A stretch of DNA of 22,053 bases from a virus. Lineage: Duplodnaviria; Heunggongvirae; Uroviricota; Caudoviricetes. Made by a program: the position numbers and the translations under genes. How positions within the stretch are numbered: the stretch's first letter is position 1; every line of letters begins with the position of its first letter. Location: IMG/VR virus record IMGVR_UViG_3300022924_000017, positions 1 to 22,053 of that record; one strand, written 5' to 3'. Below the pieces are notes generated by a model that was not told where the DNA came from, did no database searches, and was given only the letters and a program-made list of their open reading frames with translations. This document shows, one piece after another, positions 13,852 through 21,281 of the stretch.

Positions 13852-15522
13852 GTGAATAAAAATCTTGATAGTCTTTCAAGAGCCAATGCAACGGCCGTAG
13901 CAAAGACAAAGAACAATTTATCGACAGACTTTCTTCGGAATGGCGGGAGAACTATGTCTCCTTCTTGGTCTGCAACTACGATTACAGATAAGGATATGTA
14001 CAGCGACTTCGGATACGCTGTTATTACTCGACGTGCAAACCGCACAGCAGTTATCGGTAAACGAAACATCTACACTAACGCTTCTAAGAAAGTCCTTGAG
14101 AACGCTAACCATGACAAGACTGCGGTAGTTCACCCTTACCTTCCTCTTATCCGTGAATCAAAGAACTTCTCTGAACGAGTGTTCTGGTACAACATCTCGA
14201 CGTACCTCGACCTCGAAGGAGTCTTCTACCTATACGCAGCTCGACGTGTATACGCTGACGGACACTTAGGTGCAGTACAATCGTTCTCACTTTTGAACCC
14301 GTACAATATCCGTAAAGTAATTAACAGCGAAACTGGTGAACTTGGTGGCTACATTGAATCTCGTAACGGTAAGACCCGCGATATTCACAAGGACATGATT
14401 ATCCCTATCTCGCTCATGGACCCGTTCAATAGTGGCGGACACTTCTCAATGGCAGACGCGGCTCGCGATGCTCAGTTTACAATGAAACAAGCCTCTGACT
14501 ACGCTCGACAGGCTATTCAGGGTAACCTTAACACTCCTGGTATCATCTCTACTTCAATCGAACTAGAAGAAGAAGACTTTGCGAACTTCGTTTCACGTCT
14601 TCAGAACCACAACAAGGGTGAACCAATCTTCGGTAACGGTAGCGGTACTGTTGACTGGGTCGACATGCAACAAGACCTCGACAAGGCTGCACTTGGTGAC
14701 ATTAACAAGATTCACCTCGACAACCTATTCGCTATCGGTGGCGTGTCTAAGACACTCATGGGTATGGAAGAATCTGGTACTGGTCGCGAAGTTTCTCGTA
14801 CACAAAAAGACGACTTCACAGAAAACGCGATTATGCCTCAGATCGAAACTATCATCGACGCATTGAACCTCGACTACCGAACACACTACAAAGACGAGTG
14901 GGAAAAGACCCACTACGAAATGGCTCTAGATAACCCACTTGAATCTGACCAAGACGCTGCTAAGGCTGCAGTCGAAGTACGACAAGCTGAGTTCGATGTA
15001 ATGAAGGCACTAACTGATGCTGGTTATGGTGCAGACGTGGCTTCAAAGTTCGCTCGAGGCGAAATCGAAGTTACCGACCTTGGTAAGCCAGAAGAAACAA
15101 CAGCTGACGACGGCAACGATGGCGACACTACTGGTGGACCAAACCGAGACGACGAAGACGTTGAAGAAAACGGCACTAAAGAAGTCGCTTACAACCTCAA
15201 CGAGCTGGCTGATGATGACCTCGTAGAAATCACAGTAAACAAAGTCCCTATTCGTCAGTTCTTACCTGACCTCGAAATCGAGTTCGCACACGAAGATAAC
15301 CCTACCGCTATGATTAACTCAGCGGTGAAGGACGACACTACACTCATTACCCTTAACGGTATTGAAGCTAAAGACGGTGCAGTATCTGGTACTACCGACA
15401 TCTTTGGTAAGTTTGAGAACGGTTACGTTAAACTGCTCACCGTATTATTCGATGACACAGAAGCCGCACTCAAAGAAGTAACCAAGCGTTACTCAAAACA
15501 GAAAATCGCTGTCAAGAACTAG
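13852..15522 (+). CDS. phage portal protein (HK97 family) with acidic linker and C-terminal extension
   Basis: Size and motifs fit a portal: FWYNISTYLDLEGVFYLY, FSLLNPYNIRKV, NLNTPGIIS, LFAIGGVSKTLMG and IMPQIETIIDALN. A capsid gene lies downstream. GTG start. Confidence 0.85.
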   Translation: MNKNLDSLSRANATAVAKTKNNLSTDFLRNGGRTMSPSWSATTITDKDMYSDFGYAVITRRANRTAVIGKRNIYTNASKKVLENANHDKTAVVHPYLPLIRESKNFSERVFWYNISTYLDLEGVFYLYAARRVYADGHLGAVQSFSLLNPYNIRKVINSETGELGGYIESRNGKTRDIHKDMIIPISLMDPFNSGGHFSMADAARDAQFTMKQASDYARQAIQGNLNTPGIISTSIELEEEDFANFVSRLQNHNKGEPIFGNGSGTVDWVDMQQDLDKAALGDINKIHLDNLFAIGGVSKTLMGMEESGTGREVSRTQKDDFTENAIMPQIETIIDALNLDYRTHYKDEWEKTHYEMALDNPLESDQDAAKAAVEVRQAEFDVMKALTDAGYGADVASKFARGEIEVTDLGKPEETTADDGNDGDTTGGPNRDDEDVEENGTKEVAYNLNELADDDLVEITVNKVPIRQFLPDLEIEFAHEDNPTAMINSAVKDDTTLITLNGIEAKDGAVSGTTDIFGKFENGYVKLLTVLFDDTEAALKEVTKRYSKQKIAVKN

Positions 15523-15980
15523 AAGGGTAAGCTATCGTCAAAGATGCTTTCTCTGCTACCCCACGGGTCCATTTCGATGGGCTCGTTTTCTTGTCGCTCG
15601 TCTTCTTTCTTCTTGCAGTCGACACAAAGAACCGTGCCACCGTCATCGTCATAATACCCACCTGATTGACTGTACCCAGCACACTTTAGGTGAATGATAT
15701 TATCACAAGCGTTACAGTAAACTTCATCGCTATCTGCCATGTAGTCTTTGCAGGTTTCGCATTTGTTAGCGCCCATACGCTCGAGTATCTTGCCGTAGGT
15801 GTCAGCTTTCACTTCTGCAAAGCGCACCCGCTCAGCGGTGACCAACTCAGTGTATTCGTCAATCTGCCACATTAGCTCATCACGACCGCAGACACACTCA
15901 ATCAAACAACGCTTCCCGTGAACTAGCTTAGCCTGAATGAGACCTTTGCGTAGTTCTTCGCGTTGTTTCTTGTAGATCAT
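15519..15980 (-). CDS. Zn-finger protein with C4HC3 (PHD-like) spacing and an SSB-like acidic C-terminus
   Basis: C74-x2-C77-x11-C89-x2-C92-x4-H97-x2-C100-x18-C119-x2-C122; the protein ends in IFDDSLPF. Confidence 0.7.
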   Translation of the reverse strand: MIYKKQREELRKGLIQAKLVHGKRCLIECVCGRDELMWQIDEYTELVTAERVRFAEVKADTYGKILERMGANKCETCKDYMADSDEVYCNACDNIIHLKCAGYSQSGGYYDDDGGTVLCVDCKKKEDERQENEPIEMDPWGSRESIFDDSLPF

Positions 15981-16207
15981 ATCTCGCGTTTAGACTCTTC
16001 TAATTCAGCGAGCACCAGCTTTTCAGCTTCTTCGAACTCGAGCTTACCGTACTTCATCGCAGACTCGATACGAGCGTCAAGCATTAGTTCTGCAATACTT
16101 GCACGAGCGTCAACCACACCGAAAACATTATGCTCATTGAATACATTGTCAGTGCTCTTGATGAAAGCGGTGATTTTAATTTCGTCTTTGTCAAATTCTA
16201 AACTCAT
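15977..16207 (-). CDS. hypothetical protein
   Basis: 76-aa ORF with ATGA coupling. Confidence 0.7.
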   Translation of the reverse strand: MSLEFDKDEIKITAFIKSTDNVFNEHNVFGVVDARASIAELMLDARIESAMKYGKLEFEEAEKLVLAELEESKREI

Positions 16208-16566
16208 ACTATTGGGTGACCCTTCTCGAAGTCTTCAATCAACTTCATTACATCGTTACTTCCACCGTGCATATAGAAATGCTCATAGCGTAAGTACGTA
16301 TCCTTATAATCTGGCATAATTGCACCGAGCTGTCTGAAAACGCGCCAAGGTTTGTTCTCAATCTCATCTAGGTCGAACAATAAATCGTTCTGTGCAGTAT
16401 CAACCGCACTATCAGCTTGCTCATCTGCAAAGCGCATAATCGCGATTTTCAACTCGTTCAAATCTATCTTAGCGTCGAACTTACCGTTTGCGTGGTCGCC
16501 CAGCACAACACCGTGTGCTTCGCACCACTTACCAAAGTTATTGCTAAACATTTCAGTGTCGTTCAT
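16204..16566 (-). CDS. hypothetical protein
   Basis: 120-aa ORF with SD AGGAG and TAATG coupling. Confidence 0.7.
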   Translation of the reverse strand: MNDTEMFSNNFGKWCEAHGVVLGDHANGKFDAKIDLNELKIAIMRFADEQADSAVDTAQNDLLFDLDEIENKPWRVFRQLGAIMPDYKDTYLRYEHFYMHGGSNDVMKLIEDFEKGHPIV

Positions 16567-16793
16567 TATTGCTCTCCTAGGTTCATTGATTGTTGGTAGT
16601 AAACGTCGTCTAGCTCAGCTTGAATAGACTCAGCGTTTTCATACTGCTCTTTAATAATCTTGCTCATTTCTTCAATGACATCATATATAGCTAAGTCACC
16701 GTCATCGTGGTCATTGTGAAACTTATCGGTCGCAGCGTGCTTGATAGCTTGTACGCGAGCGTCTATCTCGGGGTTAACACTAACAGCGGTCAT
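16566..16793 (-). CDS. small acidic helical hypothetical protein
   Basis: 75-aa ORF with ATGA coupling. Confidence 0.65.
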   Translation of the reverse strand: MTAVSVNPEIDARVQAIKHAATDKFHNDHDDGDLAIYDVIEEMSKIIKEQYENAESIQAELDDVYYQQSMNLGEQ

Positions 16794-16963
16794 AGGTTCT
16801 TACTCATTTCGGTGTATTCAGCCCAGTATTCTGGCCACGTTTGTTTGATCTTCGCTAGGTTGGTCGCGTCAGCTTGTCGACACGCGTGGGCGAGTGCAAC
16901 AACGAATGACCCACCAAAGATAGTCATCGCTTCAACTGTTGCATAGTCTTCTTCGGTATACAT
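16790..16963 (-). CDS. conserved small phage protein (GGSF...AD..N motif)
   Basis: Hand-translated as MYTEEDYATVEAMTIFGGSFVVALAHACRQADATNLAKIKQTWPEYWAEYTEMSKNL. It fills the gap exactly, with coupled start and stop. Confidence 0.7.
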   Translation of the reverse strand: MYTEEDYATVEAMTIFGGSFVVALAHACRQADATNLAKIKQTWPEYWAEYTEMSKNL

Positions 16964-17328
16964 TACACTTCCCTCTCTAGAAATATCTGGTTATAGTGAC
17001 CTACATCAGGGTAGCTCGTTGCGTCTGCTGGTGCAGTATCGTATCGAACGTCTACCGAAACGAACCCGTCTTCACCATTTGACGCTATAGACTTGTAGCT
17101 TTTAATCACCGTACCCGCACCGTGGTAAGTGTTAACACGTTCACCTACTTCAAAGAGGTGAGTAAGTGTTCGCTCGACTTTATTGTGTCGCCACTGGGGT
17201 AAAAAGTTAAGCAAGTGCTTAATTGAGTATTCAAACTTAAAGCTCGCCTTCATTAACAGCGTTTGCTTGCTTCTACCGAAGTATTCGCTACGTTTCGCGT
17301 CTTTAATTGCTTGCTTAGTGTCGATCAT
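16963..17328 (-). CDS. hypothetical protein with C-terminal SH3-like beta region, probably leaderless
   Basis: FEVGERVNTYHGAGTVIK...VDVRYD. Start reassigned to ATG 17328, 6 nt after TACTAT. Confidence 0.65.
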   Translation of the reverse strand: MIDTKQAIKDAKRSEYFGRSKQTLLMKASFKFEYSIKHLLNFLPQWRHNKVERTLTHLFEVGERVNTYHGAGTVIKSYKSIASNGEDGFVSVDVRYDTAPADATSYPDVGHYNQIFLEREV

Positions 17329-17334
17329 ATACAT

Positions 17335-17371
17335 ATAGTACAACGATTATGAAGAAAACGCAATAGGTTTT
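17335..17371 (-). promoter_or_regulatory. AAAACCTA-class promoter for 16963..17328
   Basis: Minus strand AAAACCTA-TTGCGT-N17-TACTAT. Confidence 0.75.
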
Positions 17372-17825
17372 ATATCAACGAACGTATTTTTGAACGTGAA
17401 TAGCGCGGGTCGAGTCGTTGTCGTGACAAACGCACTACACGAGGGGTGTTGAACGCTTCATCTGAGAAAGCGGTGCGGTCAACTTCTGCAAGAATCTCTT
17501 CAATATCAATAGCTTGTGGGAAAACACCTACGTCGTGAACGTGTTTGAAGCTGATAGAGTATACCTCACCCTGACTTACGGTGATGTCGCAGATAGGAGT
17601 CATAAGGGTTGCGAACGCAGTTGGTCGCATTTCATACTGGTTCTGCTGAAAGTTGTTATAGATACCGTTCTTATCTATGTATAGCAAGACGTTGGGGTTG
17701 AGTAGCACTCGATTGTCGTCTACCATCTCTAAACGCATGTGTAAACGGTCTGGTGAGTTGAGAATATGGTTGCCAAGCGTAAAGATACCTTGTATAATAA
17801 CCTTTTCTAACTCAGAATGGGTCAT
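17370..17825 (-). CDS. hypothetical protein
   Basis: 151-aa ORF with ATGA coupling. Confidence 0.65.
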   Translation of the reverse strand: MTHSELEKVIIQGIFTLGNHILNSPDRLHMRLEMVDDNRVLLNPNVLLYIDKNGIYNNFQQNQYEMRPTAFATLMTPICDITVSQGEVYSISFKHVHDVGVFPQAIDIEEILAEVDRTAFSDEAFNTPRVVRLSRQRLDPRYSRSKIRSLI

Positions 17826-17998
17826 CTTTCGCTTTCTCTAGTGGTGACCTTGATGATCTGGTCGTCATCTGTTAAAAACCAATATGTTTCACCATCGTCG
17901 CATTCATGCTTAATAACACTGCACGCTTTCACCACTTGGTCGGGGTTATCGGGCATCTTTTCATTGAAGATAGCTAGTTGTCGGTCTAATTCACTCAT
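17822..17998 (-). CDS. small hypothetical protein, probably leaderless
   Basis: Start reassigned to ATG 17998 (MSELDRQL...), 7 nt after TATGAT. Confidence 0.6.
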   Translation of the reverse strand: MSELDRQLAIFNEKMPDNPDQVVKACSVIKHECDDGETYWFLTDDDQIIKVTTRESER

Positions 17999-18005
17999 TG
18001 AAACT

Positions 18006-18034
18006 ATCATAAAACAATAATATGTATAATACAA
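18006..18034 (-). promoter_or_regulatory. sigma70/sigmaA promoter for the inverted cassette
   Basis: Minus strand TTGTAT-N17-TATGAT; overlaps a plus-strand TATAAT at 18025-18030. Confidence 0.7.
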
Positions 18035-18143
18035 GAAGAAGAACGTATAGAGGTCATGCACAGACACTGCGAATGGTCTTCGAACGAAACAAACAAAAGT
18101 TTTACACAAAAAACGTCCCTTAAAACAAAAAAGGAATAGAAAC

Positions 18144-20429
18144 GTGGAAAAAAGTATAAATAGTTACGTTGTTACTGCCGAAGTAGGTGGTTTCACGGAT
18201 GAGGGAGATGGCGTTGTATCATTCCCGAACGGACTAATTATCACTGACGATTCTACGCAACGCAACGGCACACGATACGACATTGATTCAATGAGCCTCG
18301 AAGATTACGGTAACCAGCTTACTGCCGATCACGATGACACATTGAGAAGCCTTATCGGAAAAACTGTTGGTGTTAAGAAATCTGGCAACAAAGTTATTGT
18401 TGAGAAGATTATTTATGCTATTAAAGAAAACGCATACGCGAAAGTCGCGTACGACCTATTGGTTGGTGGTTTCTCAAATAGCTTTAGTATTGAAACTCTC
18501 GGTCGCCTTGATCCTGATACTGGCATCTACAATAACGCTGAGCTTTGCGGGTTAAGTCAAGTAGTTACTCCTAACAACTATAACGCACACGTTAACTCGT
18601 TTAACGAAACTGTCCACAATTCCTTAGAAAAAGCGAAAGCTGAGGGTCTCAAAGTCGACGGACTAGAGGAAAAATTAGTAATCGCACCTAAAGAGGAAAA
18701 CATGGCAAAAGAAACAAAAATTTCTGAAGCTACTGAAGAATTTGTTGAAGTTAAACTCAACGAAGCCCCTACAGAAGTCGAAGATACAGACACAAAGGTT
18801 GTCGAAGTCCCAGAAGTGGTTGAAGTACCTGAAGAAGATACTGAAGTCGTTGCTGAAGAAATCGAAGCCGCAAAAGAAGCCGAAGAAGTAGAAGCTGAAG
18901 AAGAAGTTGCTGAAAAAGTAGCTGAAGCTAAAGAAGAAACTCCTGAAGTTGAAGCCGAAACTGTTGAAGAAACTACTCGCGAAAAAGCTGAGAACGGTAC
19001 ATGGATCGAAACGGTCACTACCACTCGCACTAGCGAATACATCGAAACAGAAGAGGAAAAGGCAGAACGTCAAGCTCGAGAAGCTCGATGGGAAGCCGAA
19101 CTCGCTAAAGACGATGACGCAGAAATCACCATCAAGGTTGATGTAAGCGACAACGAAGCAAGCGAAACAGTTGACAACGAAGCTGAAGAAACTGAAACCG
19201 AAGAGGTGGAAGCGACTGAAGAAGTTGTTGAAGAAAAAACAGAAAATAAAAAGGAAATTGAAATGACAAAAGAAGAAGCACAAGCTATGATTGACGCTGC
19301 TGTGAAGAACGCTCTTGACGCTCAAGTTGAAGAAACTGAGTTCGTTGAAGAAGCTCCTGTAAGCAAGAACGCTACAATCAAGAACCAACTTGCTCTTGCT
19401 ATTGCATCAACACGTGACCTAAACGTAGAAGCATACAACGAATTGCGTGCTATCAACAAGGTTAACTACGACGCACTTGTAGAAGCTGGTAAAGTAGAAA
19501 ACTCAATCAAGCTAGAAGACCTCGGTAACCTAGTTATCGGTCCTGAAGTTCTTTCAGAAGTACAAGGTAAGCTAAACAGCTACTCTGCACTACTTGAAGC
19601 AACTGACTGGCGTGAAACTGACGCGATCAAGTTCGCATGGCTATCACGTGGTACTACAGTTGACATGCAAAACGTATCAACTGGTTACTCAGGTGGTTTG
19701 ACTCCTGGTCCAATCGACGACGACGAACTATTGAAGCCTTACGGTGAACCAACATTCGCTCCACACGACGACGAACTAGAAGAACTTGCTTACGTTACTG
19801 CTGTAGCACTTGCAACAATTAAGTTCGCTGCTGTTGACATCATGCGTGACATTGCTAAGCAATTCACAAACGACTACGACAAAAAGCGTGCCCAACTTGT
19901 TATCGCTCGTCTACAACAAGCTGTTAACGCAACAGGTCAAACTGTTGAGTTCTCAGGAAGCACTGCTGACCTAGCAGAAGCCGTAGCTGAAGCTGCTGAC
20001 AGCACAACTGTTGGTAAGTTGATCCTATCAAACAAGACTAAGGCTGCAATCCTACGATCAGCAATCACAGAACAAAACTTCGGTCTTGTTGCTGAATTGA
20101 ACGCTGGTTCAGTATTCGGTACATCTTTCGTAACAGTCCCTAGCGACCTCCTACCTACGCTAAACGCAGGTGACACTCGTACTTTCCTAGTACACGGTGT
20201 AGCAGTTGTTGTTACTGACCCAATCTTCTACGCAGACATGAGCGCATTCACAGGACGAACATCTGGTGGTCTCTCATACGACGTAGACGGTCGTGCATCT
20301 TACGAAGTGAACGGTGAAGTTCGTTCAGCATTCCAACGCAACGAAGTTGTGATCCGTGGATCATTCTTCCGTGGTGGTGTTGTAACAGAACCAGAACTCG
20401 TAGCTTCAATCTCTAGCTCAGAAAGCTAA
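18144..20429 (+). CDS. fused prohead protease - acidic scaffold - major capsid protein (HK97 fold)
   Basis: N-terminal HK97-type protease motifs (LTADH...LIGK; GGFSNSFSIE; ELCGLSQVVTPNN), an ~190-aa Glu-rich linker, and a C-terminal ~390-aa capsid-like region (GNLVIGPEV...; LILSN; FQRNEVVIRG). GTG start with SD AAGGA. Confidence 0.88.
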   Translation: MEKSINSYVVTAEVGGFTDEGDGVVSFPNGLIITDDSTQRNGTRYDIDSMSLEDYGNQLTADHDDTLRSLIGKTVGVKKSGNKVIVEKIIYAIKENAYAKVAYDLLVGGFSNSFSIETLGRLDPDTGIYNNAELCGLSQVVTPNNYNAHVNSFNETVHNSLEKAKAEGLKVDGLEEKLVIAPKEENMAKETKISEATEEFVEVKLNEAPTEVEDTDTKVVEVPEVVEVPEEDTEVVAEEIEAAKEAEEVEAEEEVAEKVAEAKEETPEVEAETVEETTREKAENGTWIETVTTTRTSEYIETEEEKAERQAREARWEAELAKDDDAEITIKVDVSDNEASETVDNEAEETETEEVEATEEVVEEKTENKKEIEMTKEEAQAMIDAAVKNALDAQVEETEFVEEAPVSKNATIKNQLALAIASTRDLNVEAYNELRAINKVNYDALVEAGKVENSIKLEDLGNLVIGPEVLSEVQGKLNSYSALLEATDWRETDAIKFAWLSRGTTVDMQNVSTGYSGGLTPGPIDDDELLKPYGEPTFAPHDDELEELAYVTAVALATIKFAAVDIMRDIAKQFTNDYDKKRAQLVIARLQQAVNATGQTVEFSGSTADLAEAVAEAADSTTVGKLILSNKTKAAILRSAITEQNFGLVAELNAGSVFGTSFVTVPSDLLPTLNAGDTRTFLVHGVAVVVTDPIFYADMSAFTGRTSGGLSYDVDGRASYEVNGEVRSAFQRNEVVIRGSFFRGGVVTEPELVASISSSES

Positions 20430-20443
20430 GATATAGTTGCAAA

Positions 20444-20466
20444 GCTCCCGTCTTATGGGCGGGGGC
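20444..20466 (+). terminator. GC-rich stem-loop after the capsid gene (no U-tract)
   Basis: GCTCCCGTC-TTATG-GGCGGGGGC, a 9-bp stem with two G-U pairs. Confidence 0.4.
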
Positions 20467-20504
20467 ACCCAAGATAAAAAGAAAATAAAAAAAGGTATAA
20501 GAGA

Positions 20505-21281
20505 GTGACTATAGAACAGTACGAACAGCTAACGGGCAACACTGTATCTGACGAAGACGAAAATATGGTTCTCGCAGCAATCGCTCGTGCAATCGTTGAG
20601 CTTGAGTCTGCTCTAGGTTACTCTCTGACACCGCAAACGAACATTTACAGTGAGCTTGGAAAGACCCATTACAACGGGTACTCCTTCGGTCAAACACTAC
20701 CAGTTCCCCAAAACGTCATCGACAATTTATTGCCTGCTGACGAACCAATTGGTGACCTGATGGTGTTTCCGCTTGAGCTCAAAGACAAATTCGCACTCGT
20801 ACAGCCTTTTGACACTGCGTACCGAGCAAAGTTAGTACTCGTACTAGACGACGAAAGTTTCATTACTCTCGACGACCTACACGGTGCTGTCCCTCAGTAC
20901 AACGGTAACGGTTGGGGCAAGTGGATCGAAATCGACGTTCCAGGGTGGTCTTACGACCCTACAGTTATCGCAACCTTCACGACACTCTTTGCAGATGGTC
21001 ACCCGAAGCAGATAAAGTTTGCCCTTGCAATCGACGCAGATTACCACGACGTGATGTCAGACCCAGCAATCCAATATCTCATTGCAGATATGGTTGACTA
21101 CCGACTAGACTCAAACAACTCAGCAGCGATGGGCAACATCACTTCTGAATCTGTTGACGGTCACAGTTGGTCAAAGACTGACAAACCAGTAACCCCAATT
21201 AGCAGTAGCGATCATGTAGCAACAGTTGCTCTATACGCTGGTCCTAAAGGGGCTAAACGTAATAGGGTACCTGTACGATGA
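20505..21281 (+). CDS. head-tail connector/adaptor protein (gp15/gp6-like) with a large insertion
   Basis: First gene after the capsid. It has an N-terminal MTIEQYEQLTG...AIARAIVELESALG helix and a C-terminal ITSESVDGHSWS motif typical of connectors. Confidence 0.7.
   Translation: MTIEQYEQLTGNTVSDEDENMVLAAIARAIVELESALGYSLTPQTNIYSELGKTHYNGYSFGQTLPVPQNVIDNLLPADEPIGDLMVFPLELKDKFALVQPFDTAYRAKLVLVLDDESFITLDDLHGAVPQYNGNGWGKWIEIDVPGWSYDPTVIATFTTLFADGHPKQIKFALAIDADYHDVMSDPAIQYLIADMVDYRLDSNNSAAMGNITSESVDGHSWSKTDKPVTPISSSDHVATVALYAGPKGAKRNRVPVR

Noticed and set aside
8499-18109. ORF-track start sites at 8499, 10739, 13249, 17343 and 18109
   Set aside because: These upstream starts lie on or upstream of the promoter boxes. 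Downstream ATGs fit SD or leaderless geometry.
18578-19388. Long minus-strand ORFs (154 aa and 237 aa) rich in Ser or Phe
   Set aside because: These are antisense shadows of the GAA/GAAG-rich scaffold linker, with low-complexity composition and no SD or promoter.
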